63,939 bases of DNA, filler included, from Octopus bimaculoides (GCF_001194135.2; 5 parts of 5 records of this genome joined end to end with filler, not necessarily neighbours in it); one strand, 5' to 3'. Counted from the whole stretch's first letter, positions 41,309-52,919 are shown. Program-made: numbers and translations. The notes: generated by a model not told the origin, from the sequence alone.

Positions 41309-41968
41309 TGTTGCGCGTGGTTGCTTGTTCTCTTGTTTTGTTCTTGTGTTTCATTTCTCTCACTACTCTCCTTCTATTTTTCTGGCGAAGATTCCATGTC
41401 TGAAACGTATAAACATCTCTATTTTTATTTTCTTAGCGTCAAACTAATAAAAATACCATCTTTGTACTTTATATTGTCTATTATGCTATTTTCATAGTTC
41501 TCTTAGATTGATTGTAAATATATCTTTTAATCTGAATCTATCACTGGATGTGCAACATTGCAGGGAAGTTTTTTTAAGACGACATGTTTCTCTTGGAGTA
41601 TCACAGATTTCGAATATTTAATGAAAAAATCGCTTCCTATTCATTAAATGATGTTTCAACCTAGTTTTGAGTATGTGTCAGTCGTTTCCCCTTTGTTTTT
41701 GCTGTAACGTAATTCGTTGCGTACAATAAATAAGATAACCAGATAAGAGTAAAAACAATGTAACGAACTAACAAATCTCTTTACGAACCAACAGTCAACA
41801 TTCCTTGTGAACTAACCAACCGACACCTTCCGACTTCACTGCGAACTAACACGAACTTTACTCGACTCCGAACTCTGAACGTTTGAACTCACTCGGATCG
41901 TTACTATCTATAATTTACTCGAACCAGTCTACCTCTCGCAAGGGGGCGTCGTAACTCTCATCACAACA
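41309..41968 (-). repeat. 3' LTR of the gypsy element (~660 bp)
   Basis: Termini TGTTG...CAACA; begins directly after a polypurine tract; AATAAA on the minus strand about 115 bp from the end. The left boundary is inferred because there is no second LTR to compare. Confidence 0.6.
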
Positions 41969-41980
41969 TCTCCCCTTTTG
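41969..41980 (-). promoter_or_regulatory. Polypurine tract (plus-strand primer)
   Basis: caaaaggggaga directly followed by TGTTG on the minus strand. Confidence 0.8.
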
Positions 41981-42385
41981 AGATTTCGACTACTGTGAGA
42001 AAACGGAATTTCTTTTCTTTTCTTCTTCTTTTCAGCACATCTCCCTGTTTTTCTTTTTTTTTTCTTTTTGTCTTGCTGTTGTATCAATTGTTGCCCGACT
42101 TTTAAGGTAGTATTGTTCGTTGCACACAGCACTTTTCTTTTCGTTGTACTAAGCGCTCTTGTTAACACTCCTGTTTTCTTTTTGCTTTTGCTTTTGCTTT
42201 AAACTTGATATCTTTTTCGTTTAAGTATTACTTCCAGATATTCAGTCTATTTTCGTTTCTTGAAGCTAGTTCTACGAGGTTCAATATCTCTCGGTGCTGA
42301 CACTTCAAACATATCATAGAAGACTTCCATTGGTATTACGCTTCGTTCTTTTGTATATCTCATCTTTAACTGGCTAAGGTGTTTC

Positions 42386-44445
42386 TTATGTTCCTTTAAC
42401 TAAATACATCACGTTACCCAATATTATGACTACACAGCTACCCTCCCAACCTTCTTTACCATTTTTGTAATTTTTAAAATGAGCTTCATCGCATACTTCG
42501 AAATGTTTTGTAACATTTCGTGTATTTACTTCAAATGTATTTTTTGTCTTTCTTCTTTTATATGTGTTTTTTCCTGGAAATAATTTATCGAAGATCGATT
42601 TTATTTTACACGCGAGCATTAATTCTGTTGATGACTTTCCTGAATTAATATTTGGATTAAGCGTTATTCTATATACCCTCAATTTCGTTGGTGCCTCGTC
42701 ATTATCTAACTTGTTCCTAACTTTTCTTAGAGCTCTTTTGAACGTCAAATCTTTTTGCCTGCCTATTTGACCTTTATGGCATGTACTTTGCAGAAATTTC
42801 TTAATTCCTATCCTATGAATTGTGTTCCATGATCTGAAACTAATGTGTCTGGAACTCCGTATCGAGTAAATAAATCGAGTAAGAATTTTATTGTTGTCTT
42901 TGCTGTGGGTTTATTGCATCTGCATACCTCTGGCCACTTTGTATAGCTATCCACAACGATTAGATTGTATGCACCGTTCACTAGTCCAGCATAGTCGATA
43001 TGTATCCTGGGCCATGGGCTCTCAGTCTTCGACCACGATTGTTATTTTACTGGAGGTGCTTTGGTTGCCAACGCGCAACCTCTACATGCTTTTACCAATC
43101 TCGATTCACGATTCACTTTTGATTAACAAGTCGTCAAGGTAAGGAATAGCAAATTGACAGTCTGCCAACATTGCGTCCATCACCAATTGAAATCCTGTAG
43201 GTGCTACCTTCAGTCCAAAAGGTAGTTTATTGTATTTACATAGACCTCTGTGTGTGTTGACCGTTAACAATTTTGAGCATTTTTCATCTACCTTGATTTG
43301 TAGATATGCGCCATACAGATTGAGTTTTGAAAATATTTTTCCTCCGTTTTAGTTTTGTAAAAATATCTTCTATGGTCAGTGGTGGATAATGGTTCATTTT
43401 AAAATAGTCATTTAAACCGGTCGAAAAATCGGCACAGCCTACTTTTGTTATTTTTCTTTTTTTATATATACAGTCAGAGCTGCCCACTTTTTCAATGATT
43501 CCGTTTTATATTTCTTTTTTTTCAATTTGTACAACTTATCGTCCACTTGCTTTATTGCCGCAAAAGGCGCTTTCTTATTAGGCTTGAACACAGGTGTAAC
43601 TTTATCATCTAATTCAAAACACGCTTCAGTCTTTGTGCATAAACCTAGTTTGTCCGTGTGTGCTTGCGGAAACATTTTGTTTTTTAATTTTCTCTTTAAA
43701 TCGTCAGACAAATTATTTTTAGAGGGACAACCATTTACGTTTTGACAATAGAGATTTACGGGGAGGTCCCATAAATCGAATAATTTTAACCAATCGGTAC
43801 CCAAAAGATCGGTTTCATTTTTAACGACGAAGACTTTCGCCTTGCATGTTTTCCCTCGAAATGTGACATTAGTGCACATTTCGCCAATGAAATGCAATTT
43901 ATCGCCCGTTACGTTACAAGCAGATTTCGTTGTTTTTCTCAACACAGATTTCCCTATTTTCTTCCATGTGTCCATAACTACTATTGAAATATCACTTCCA
44001 GTATCCAATTGAAGTTTAATATGTATTCCATTTATTTTTACGTGTACGAATTTTCTTATTTGGGAAACGATTTTTCTTTCTGGTGAGAGCACTCAAGGAT
44101 TCTTAACGTTTGACCTTCGTAATTTGTTCTGCAGTGTGAACTTTTGTGACCAATTCTTTTGCAACTGTAACATTTTTGATTTTTAAATGGACAGTCTTTT
44201 CTGAAATCTGTGCCCCTACATCCATAACGTGAATTAGGGGTTCTTTTTTAGTTGTACTTTTTCTGTCGACATATCTGTATTTTTGTGGAATCCTTTTCTT
44301 GAATATTTTTCTACATCATGTTTCGGATTTACCATCCTTTGGCATTCTTCTGCCATAAACTGTAAGGCTAGATCTTGGTTCGCTTGTTCCAATTTCGAAA
44401 AAAGTCTTGCCCGAATTTCTGTATCTTCACTTGCTGTAAGGCTTC
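42386..44445 (-). pseudogene. Disrupted gag-pol (PR, partial RT, partial integrase; RNase H absent)
   Basis: Multiple stops and frameshifts; RT after YLDD jumps straight to the integrase CxxC. Confidence 0.88.
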
Positions 44446-44737
44446 GATCGTAAGGTCGTAAGTTCAATCACCGGCGGCGCATCGTGTCCTTGAACAACAC
44501 TCTTTATTTCCTGTTGCTCCACTTCACTCAGCTGGCAAAATTGAGTTCTACCTGCAATTCAAATGAGCCAGCCTTGTCACATTCTGTGTCACGTTGAATC
44601 TCCCTAAGAACTACCTAAGGTAGTTCTCAGGGAGCATTCCGTGGAATACTCAGCCATATGCCCATTAATTTCACGAGCAGTCAGTTCCGTTCATCGGATC
44701 AATTCGAACCCTCGTCGCCTTTACCGACTGAGTGCCA
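44446..44737 (+). mobile_element. 5'-truncated SINE, group C (different tail)
   Basis: gatcgtaaggtcgtaagttcaatc B-box region; centre gtgtccttgaacaacactctttatttcctgttgctccacttcactcagctggcaaaattgagt is shared with 37048-37295. Confidence 0.8.
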
Positions 44738-45299
44738 AATTCTTGTTATATTTATATACACGAGTGTGGTATATTTGTACGCATATGTACATGGTTGTAT
44801 GTTGTACTATTGTCTTTAAATTGTGGTCGTTCTCCACTTAATCAGATTGGATTAATTTTTGTCCATATTTTCACTGATTTAATGTTTCTTTTAACTTAAC
44901 CAACTAATATTTTTCTCTTTTGCTTCATCTGGGAACATTTCATCTGAACTGCCACACATATATATGAGTGAGAATGTAATGCATGTCCGATTGCCTGTAC
45001 ATGAGACACTATGTGAAGCATTAAAAATACTTATAATCTTTAGCGATTCGCTATATGCGTATGCCAGTGTGTGAAAGTATTAGTTTTCCTATCTCAGCTT
45101 CAGAAATACGACACAGGAAACTTGATGCCAGCAATTTTGCACAAAATTCTTTCATAGTTTCTACTATGAAAAATTTTCACTTACTTTCACAAATGAAAGA
45201 ATGCATTGCTTCCTTTTATGTGAAGTTTCATTCTTTACGGGTCGTTAAAATCGTATCTAAAGAAATTCATTGATCCACCTGAGAAGGGAGGAGCCTCTC

Positions 45300-46060
45300 A
45301 GTGGTTGCTCTGTAGACTAGAAATAACAGTTTCTTCTCCCTTAAATTATACCTCATCCTTTAAAAAATACACAATGAACACTTACGATAATGAAGTCCTA
45401 GATATAAAATGGCTAAGAAAAGAACCTTTTCAGATAGTTGCTCAAAATGCTAGAAATAGCAGTTAAATCTTGCCTAGATCATACCCTACCGTCTTCAGAA
45501 ATTACGAACACTTAGGATAATGAAGTCTTGGAGACATTATGCTTGAAAAAGGAGGTCTCTTTCAGATAGTCACTCACAATGCTGGAAATAACAGTTAACT
45601 CTAACTGAAACCATACCATACTGTCTTAAAAGAAAAATTAACATTTTGGATAATGAAGTCTCAGATACATATGTCTGAGAAAGAAGGATCCTGTATATGG
45701 TTGCACTGGATGCTAGAAATAACAGTTAAATCTTTCGTAAATCATATCCTACCGTCATAATTACGAAGATTTGGGATTATAAAATCTTAGATACATTACG
45801 TCTGAAGAAGAAAGAGCCTGTATATGCTTGCACAGGATGCTAGAAATAACAGTTAACTATTGCTTAAATCATATCCTACCGTCTTAATTACGAAGATTTG
45901 GGATTATGAAATCTTAGATACATTACGTCTGAAGAAGAAAGAGCCTGTATATGGTTGCACAGGATACTAGAAATAACATTTAAATCTTGCTTAAATCATA
46001 ACCTATCGTCTTAATTACGAAGAATTAGGATTATGAAATTTTAGATACATTGCGTCTGAC
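45300..46060 (+). repeat. Tandem array, 6 units of 127-133 bp
   Basis: Anchor ct(a/g)gaaata(a/g)ca at 45317, 45450, 45582, 45713, 45840 and 45967. Confidence 0.92.
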
Positions 46061-46625
46061 CGAAATGGCTGACATGCCTTCAAGCTCACACCTCCTGGGT
46101 CAAGGGTGCCCTGGTGCTAAGCAGCAACGTTAAAATACGTAGTTTCTATTGCACGGCTTCATCTTTTCTTTTCTTTGTTCTTTTTATCATTTTTATTATG
46201 TTTAACGTATATCTGAGAGAACAGCTTTCCAGACATTTCTACTGACATCTGCAAAAACTCGTCTGCTAAATAAACAAAAGTAAACGCTAGCCGAGATTTT
46301 GGATGTTTATCTTATTTCTTAGCCATATATTGTGATTATTAACTTCTGTTTCCTCATCACAACTTAACCATCTTGTACTAGTTAAACCACAGTTTAACAC
46401 AGACATCATTGAATACGAAAAGACGCAGATGGCACAGAATACAAGCTGAGAGGCGCCAGGCGAGATGGTTCTCATACTACTACTGACACAGCAATTGTCC
46501 TTTCTTGACCAAAACACTTAACTTTTGCTGTCACATAAAATTTTGCTGATTCAATCCACTTCGATGTAAATAGATATTGTGGGTAGGTACAGCTCACGGT
46601 CGTAGGCCACTAGTGTAGAGATAAA

Positions 46626-46855
46626 TTGTCAAGCGTTGGTTGCGGAATAAACAGACACACAAGCACGCGCACGCGCGCATATATATATATACGACGGGCT
46701 TCTTTCAGTTTCCTTCTACCAAATCCACTCACAAGGCTTTGGTCGGCCCGAGGTTATAGTAGAAGACACAAACCCAAGGTGCCACGCAGCGGGACTGAAC
46801 CCGGAACCATGTGGTTGGTAATCAAGTTACTTACCACACATCCACTCCTGCACCT
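46626..46855 (-). mobile_element. SINE group B, 5' two-thirds
   Basis: cgacgggcttctttcagtttcc..ccaaatccactcacaaggctttggtcggcccgagg..ggaaccatgtggttgg. Confidence 0.88.
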
Positions 46856-46909
46856 ATATTGATACTGAATCTCAAAAAAAAAAAAAACAGCTATCATATT
46901 AGATTTTCT

Positions 46910-46978
46910 AATAGGGGTGCCGTGGATTTTTGAAAGACTTGGCCAGGGTGCCTCGAGGCAAAAAAAGTTGGGATACTG
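46910..46978 (+). mobile_element. Possible hAT/Charlie-like terminal fragment
   Basis: gggtgcctcgaggcaaaaaaagttgggatactg resembles Charlie-type right ends; no left end identified. Confidence 0.35.
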
Positions 46979-47010
46979 ACAAAAAAAAAAAAAAGAAAAN
47001 NNNNNNNNNA

Positions 47011-47306
47011 CAGTAATCCCTCACCATATTGCGGTTCACCTATCGCGGTTCACCTATCGCGGTTCACCTATCGCGGTTCACCTATCGCGATTCACCTATC
47101 GCGGTTCACCTATCGTGGTTTATTATTTAAGCTTACGTCGATTCCTCCGTGGTGTTGTTTTGCATTTCTAATAAAAATAAATATATACAAATTATAAAAA
47201 TAATAATAAAAATTATACAGTAGAGTACTGTTCCTAGTTCGCAGATTTTCACACATCGCGGGGTTGTTTTTGGAATGTAACACCCGCGATAGTAGAGGGA
47301 TTATTG
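47011..47306. mobile_element. pogo/Tigger-like MITE with an internal 14-bp tandem expansion
   Basis: TIRs cagtaatccctc and gagggattattg, followed by TA; six units of gcggttcacctatc at 47031-47114. Confidence 0.8.
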
Positions 47307-47523
47307 TACTAATAAAAGACAAAGACTATTTTTCAAATTTCGAAATTTTATTTTTAACTTTTGGAAAATTTTTACTTCTTGTTTGTTTTTTTTCTTCGAT
47401 GTCACTTACTTTCAGATGTTTTGTAAGGTGGGTTATTTCGTAATACTGAGCATCAGGTGTTTTCTATAGATGAGCATTTAAGATCACTGAGTCTTGTATG
47501 TCTGTATGTCTATTTGCATAAAA

Positions 47524-47899
47524 ATATGCATGTTTGTGTGTGTGTGTGTGTGTGTATGCAAGCGTGTGTATGTGTGTGTGCGTGTGTGTGAGTGTGTACG
47601 TTTGTGTGTGTGTGCGTGCGTGTGTGCTTATGCGTGTGTGTATGCTTGTGTGTGTTTGTGTGCGTGTGTGTGCGTGTGTACAGTCATGTGTGTGTGTGTG
47701 TTTATGTGTGTATGTGTGTGTGTGTGTGCGTGCGTGTGTGTTTGTGTGTGCATGTCTGGACGTGTGTGCACGTGTATGGGTGTGTGTATGTGCGTGTGTG
47801 AATGTGTGTATGGCTGTGTGTGTGTGTGTATGTGCGTACGTGCGTGTGTATGTGTGTTTGTGCGTGTGTATGTGTGTTTGTGCGTATTTATGTGTGCGT
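47524..47899. repeat. Degenerate (TG)n-rich microsatellite field
   Basis: About 375 bp of interrupted TG/TGCG/TATG; it explains the CV/TH-rich pseudo-ORFs. Confidence 0.95.
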
Positions 47900-48107
47900 G
47901 TTATTTCTTTACTACCCACAAGGGGCTACACACAGAGGGGACAAACAAGGACAGACAAACGGATTAAGTCGATTATATCGACTCCAGTGCGTAACTGGTA
48001 CTTTATTTAATCGACCCCGAAAGGATGAAAGGCAAAGTCGACCTCGGCGGAATTTGAACTCGGAACGTAGCGGCAGACGAAATACGGCTAAGCGTTTCGC
48101 CCGGCGC
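47900..48107 (-). mobile_element. SINE group A (tail type 2), head clipped
   Basis: Core and B-box intact; ends at gcccggcgcg. Confidence 0.88.
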
Positions 48108-48689
48108 GTGTGTCTGTCTACACATGCTTATGTGTGTATCTAGACAACCTGACGAAGCAATAACCGATAAAACTCTGAAGTCACAGTGAAACTTTTCCTT
48201 GTAAAGACACTGAGTGCTCGTTCCATTACTGTTTGACTGTTTGAACTGATAACTATGCATATAGACAAGTGAGTGTCTCTGTTTGCGTGAACGTGGATTA
48301 GCAAAAATTTAGCGACTCCGGTAAAAATTACGCTGTGATATTCCTAATATACAAAATTCTCTTGTAATAATTACGGGGAGAAATTTATCTATTTGAAGTA
48401 TTTCTTTACTTAACTCAAGTTTATTTTCAATGGAGTTAATTCTAATTTTATTGAAATTGTCTCCCTTTGTTTTTGTCGGCCGCCAACAAATGCCAAAAAG
48501 TTTTTTGAAGGCAGTGACTCAATATTCGATGCATTCAAGAGAAACTACGATGGAGAAGAAACAGACGAACTAGATGTCGTTTTTATCTAAGACACCCACA
48601 ACAAATGATCTAACCCATAGGTTTACTATCCAATCGTCTATAAATTGTGCCTTCTTATTCCTAATCACGTTATAAGGAAGCTGTTAAAA

Positions 48690-49000
48690 CAGTTGTTCTG
48701 AACTGGGAGCCATGTGGCCCTTTTACGGTCCTTGGGGATTCACAATAGGATTTTAAGAGCCCCTGAAAAAATTTTGTTTCAGATGTATGTATTGGTATGT
48801 ATTGCAAGACACAGCTAGGTTTCTATCGCTAACATTTTACATAGTTCAACCTATACATGTTGATATGTAAAATACAAAATAGGGACTTCGAAAGAAGTTT
48901 CTGTAAAACTAGTTTTTAAACATCGAATAGCTATGGGAGTCCAACAGAGTAAAACAGAAATCAAAGGGGTCTCCAGATAAAAAATGGTTGAGGACCCCGA
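48690..49000. mobile_element. hAT-like MITE
   Basis: Decayed TIRs cagttgttctgaac and gttgaggaccccga; flanking 8-mers tgttaaaa and tgttaaac (7/8) fit an 8-bp TSD. Confidence 0.55.
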
Positions 49001-49358
49001 TGTTAAACTCGTCTGGTACAGTCCAGAGAGGTGAGGCTAGTTCCTTTGTTACAGGTACCCAATTCGTCAATTTCCGCCACCTAGTAACTTCCCACATAGA
49101 TGTCAAAAAGTCAGTGGAGCTAGAAGATATCATAGCAAAGTAAAATCCATTTTCTGTCGTCTGCAACAACCCTAGAGACAATGTCGCTGATGGTAGGGAA
49201 TATTTTCCCGATTTTCATGAAAGTTGTATTTAGATATAGATAGGAAGAAACAGCTGTAAGCTAATGAAGTTGATTAAGTTAATCTTTTCCTCTTGTCGTT
49301 TAGTTAATTATACATGTGTGTGTGTGTGTGTGTGTATCTGTATGCATATACATACATT

Positions 49359-49407
<49 letters not shown>

Positions 49408-49429
49408 TATATACATGCATATATGCATG

Positions 49430-49585
49430 ATTCGGGTTACAAACTGAGGAAAAGAATTTCGCTGAGGTCGACTTTACTTTTCATCACTTTGGGATCGATA
49501 AATAAGTAGCAGTTGAACCCTGGAGTCAATGTTAATCGATCTAACCCTTCCACAAAAGTGCTAGCCTTGTGCCAATATTATAATC
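49430..49585 (+). mobile_element. Partial SINE, group A
   Basis: gaggtcgactttacttttcatcactttgggatcgataaataagtagcagtt. Confidence 0.7.
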
Positions 49586-50216
49586 ACCCTACATGTCACT
49601 TCTTTAGACAAGCAGAAATTGTAGTGGGAAATCCTGAGAAATAATGTAGTTGCAAGATTACAGTTAGGTGCATAGTGATGTTCTCCAGTCAACTGTAGCT
49701 CACTTTGACGTTGTTACCGTTAGAGAAGTCGTAATGAAGATCCTTTACACCCACAGGTGAAACTCAGAGTAGCAAGAAGCTGATATATGCCATTTCATAT
49801 CTTTATATATCACTACGTAATGGATACGTGGGATTCAATATTCTAAAATAGAGCTAAAATAATGGTATACAGATGTATATATACATCGAATGTATGGATA
49901 TTTCCGTGTGTACCTGTTTAATAAGTTGTAGTTATACGTACCAGAACCTCGTGTTATTTACCTACGCAACTTTGTTGGGGGCTTGAAATTAGCAGCACAC
50001 AATAACACACACACACACACCGACACACACACACACATACACACTCGCACACACCGGTAAACGATTGCGCATGTAGGATGGGTTGGTCCTGTCATTACGC
50101 AGTCTATATGTATAACAGCGTTGTAAATAAACACACGCTGATGACGTCACGGGCAGAAGCAAATACGACCGCGAAAGCAGAATTTGATTCTGCTACAAAA
50201 CAAATACGCCTGTGGT

Positions 50217-50254
<38 letters not shown>

Positions 50255-50621
50255 NNNNNNNNNNNNNNNNNNNNNNNNNNNNNNNNNNNNNNNNNNNNNN
50301 NNNNNNNNNNNNNNNNNATATATATATATATATATATATATACATCTACATATATACATGTGCCCCCCATGTGCACAAAACATATGCGAAGTTTTCTATT
50401 GCCCTGTCGCAGTTTAACTTACGGTAAATATTGCATAACTGTCACAGGAAGAGATGTCAGAGGTGGCGATTTATAAGCACCGATTAATCCTGTTCGTTCT
50501 GGGCAGAGATCATAGAAATGCATCGCTCGTGCACGTATATTTATGGTTCTGTGGCTTTACAATACAATGTTGGCAACAACAGGGATTGTATCAGTTGAAT
50601 GCTTCTATGAAACGCAACCAC

Positions 50622-50829
50622 TGGCGAAATCAACAAAGGACATTCACAGGCAGCAATATGCGGTTCATGTTCGGGTCAAAGGTTGAGGCCGAAATAGTGC
50701 GAACATAAAGCGGTTGTGTCACGCCTCTACCGCTGGGACTTACCGTAGCATGATATACAAGCACACATACATACATACATACATACCCACATATTGTGCC
50801 TGTGTGAAAGCCTTTTGTTGATTTCGCCA
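50622..50829. mobile_element. Small foldback/MITE-like element, ~42-bp imperfect TIRs
   Basis: tggcgaaatcaacaaaggacattcacaggcagcaatatgcgg versus the reverse complement of ccacatattgtgcctgtgtgaaagccttttgttgatttcgcca. Confidence 0.6.
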
Positions 50830-50914
50830 CGAAGACGTGTTCTTGTTTGTCTCCTGTCCAAGCTTGATTGACGCGTTCGCCACCACAACCACGTTTAGGC
50901 TTAGCAGCCATTCC

Positions 50915-51100
50915 TGTTTCTTTTCACTGTCCTGTTTGTGTTAGCTATTTTGACTCTGCGCAAAATCCCAAATTTTATTTAATTTACTTTGCGGGAGCAA
51001 CTGTTTTTCCGAAAGCGTATATTGTTGTTAAATGCTCGAAATACGAAACTAGAAAAAACAACCAACAACTGATGAAGGGTCGTACTTTATGATGTTTGTT
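50915..51100 (+). repeat. Interspersed repeat related to 60560-60780 (minus)
   Basis: Shared ordered blocks ctgtcctgttt, aaatttta, gggagcaactgt, gctcgaaata, acaactgatgaagg. Confidence 0.7.
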
Positions 51101-51104
51101 TTGT

Positions 51105-51184
51105 TCTATTGTGCCGAACCGCTAAGTAATGAGAATGGAAAAAAGCCAACGCATATTGTGGCGGGAGGACAAGCATAAAAGAGA

Positions 51185-51250
<66 letters not shown>

Positions 51251-51405
51251 AATATATATACAGGACGGGTTTCCGCTTAATTTTCATCTACCAAACTTAC
51301 TCACAAAGCATTAGTCAACCCGAGGCTATAGTAGAAAATATCTGCCCAAGCTGTAGCGCAGTCGAACTAAACCAGGGCGTTGTAAAGCGAGCTTCTTAAC
51401 CACCC
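51105..51405 (-). mobile_element. Degenerate SINE, group B
   Basis: gccgaaccgctaagt, (CA)n tract, cccgaggctatagtagaa, gcttcttaaccac. Confidence 0.75.
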
Positions 51406-51427
51406 AGATTTTCCTGTCCCTCTATAT

Positions 51428-51744
51428 CAGAGGTTCTCAAATTTTTGGTCCACCGAGCCCCTCATGGCCCCATAATACGCTCAGCGCTCCCACCCCTATT
51501 TTTATGTATAAATAAATATTTTATATTTTACTAATTTATATATATATATACATATATACTACGAATCATCTGAGATTTAATATATTACATAATTTGTATA
51601 CAATACTATAATATTATTATAATAGATTCATAGCGTCTCACAATTCACTGCCTTCCTCCCAACGCCCCCTTTTTCTCTATCACCCCACCTGAGCCGGCTC
51701 AACGCCCACCGGGGACGCGGTAGCGCCCACTTTCAGAAGCTATG
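51428..51744. mobile_element. hAT/Charlie-like MITE
   Basis: TIRs cagaggttctcaaa and tttcagaagctatg; flanking 8-mers ctctatat and atctatat (7/8) fit an 8-bp TSD. Confidence 0.65.
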
Positions 51745-52007
51745 ATCTATATAAATACTTTGGTGGGGGGATGAAATGATGAAATAGGTTTGAACATTTT
51801 CAGTTGCCTTCATTTGATTGTCTTTTTGTTGTTGTTGTTGTTGTTGTTGTGCTTCTTAATTCTTAATAGTTCGTTCAAAACTTCTATCAAAACCGCCAAT
51901 ACCATTACTTTAGAAAGAAATATTCTTCTGTACCGGCAAATGACATAACTGAAATAAATAAATAAATAAATAAATAAATAAATAGCAACAGCCATAGCAA
52001 GAGCAAT

Positions 52008-52077
<70 letters not shown>
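52008..52077. repeat. (AAT)n microsatellite
   Basis: About 23 units. Confidence 0.97.
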
Positions 52078-52078
<1 letters not shown>

Positions 52079-52280
52079 CAAAAACTGAGCAAGTATAAAG
52101 ATCTTGAAAGAGAAATTGGCAAAATGTCGTACCTGAAGACGAAAACAATAACCATTGTCATAGGTGCCCTGGGAATGATAGCAAAGGGGGGGGGTGATTA
52201 CTACCTAGCTCAGATACCAGGAAACCCCAAAATGGCAGAAATTAAAAAAATAGTGCTCATGGGAACTGCCCATATCCCAT
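52077..52280 (+). mobile_element. R4/Dong-like LINE 3' fragment (REL C-terminus)
   Basis: QKLSKYKDLEREIGKMSYLKTKTITIVIGALGMIAKG...IKKIVLMGTAHI matches the KYxDL / VIGALG / VLxGTAHI tail of R4-type ORFs. Confidence 0.8.
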
Positions 52281-52319
52281 TAAAGGGGAAGAAGAGAAGA
52301 AGATTGAAGAGGAAGTAGA

Positions 52320-52321
<2 letters not shown>

Positions 52322-52355
<34 letters not shown>

Positions 52356-52434
52356 GGAGAGGGAGGAGGAGGAGGAGAGGAGAAGAAGAAGAAGAAGAAG
52401 AAGAAGAAGAAGAAGAAGAAGAAGAAGAAGAAGA
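52322..52434. repeat. Compound (GAT)n(GGA)n(GAA)n microsatellite
   Basis: Directly visible. Confidence 0.95.
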
Positions 52435-52689
52435 ATTGGTTGAAGCATGGAACTAGATTTAGGGTGAAATGCAAGCTAATCCAAAGGCACAGTCTTCGTG
52501 GCTAAGCTCTCACCCAGAATTTTCAAATCTCAGATCAATTCAATGTTGAAGAATTTTTACGATGTTTTAGAATGAAATTGTATCAGACTTTTCTGCTTAC
52601 AACAACAGCAACAACAACAACAGCAGCTAATTTCAACTAGAAATAACCGATGTCTATCGAAAGCATCATGGAGAGCCGCCACGGATGAT

Positions 52690-52880
52690 GACGATAATGA
52701 ACGATGCTGGTGAAGATGATAGCGATCATGATGACTGTGATGATGATGCTGATGATGATGATTACGACGACGACGATGGTGATGACAAAGATGATGATGA
52801 TTACGACGACGACGACGACGACGACGACGATGGTGATGACAAAGATGATTATGATGATGAGGATGATGATGATGATGATT

Positions 52881-52919
<39 letters not shown>

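Larger units (their letters stand above)
41309..44445 (-). mobile_element. Decayed, 5'-truncated Ty3/gypsy LTR retrotransposon
   Basis: Minus strand shows gag EIRARLFSKLEQ and a CCHC knuckle CYSCKRIGHKSSHC (~44131-44172), protease LDTGSD, RT LPFGLKVAP..YLDD (43130-43141), integrase WPRIHIDYAG..VVDSYTKWPE..LVSDHGTQF, then PPT and LTR. The PR-RT-IN order is the gypsy order. Confidence 0.93.

Noticed and set aside
45795-45870. CTGAAGA...GAAA with a taac-a-gtta palindrome in the tandem array units, as a possible hammerhead array
   Set aside because: Helix II does not pair next to the core, and the position that must be U16.1 is A.
47031-47114. Short tandem repeats as a CRISPR-like array
   Set aside because: There are no spacers, the context is eukaryotic, and the array lies inside a MITE.
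48145-48200. CTGACGA...GAAAC as a hammerhead
   Set aside because: There is no stem II pairing and no cleavage triplet in register.
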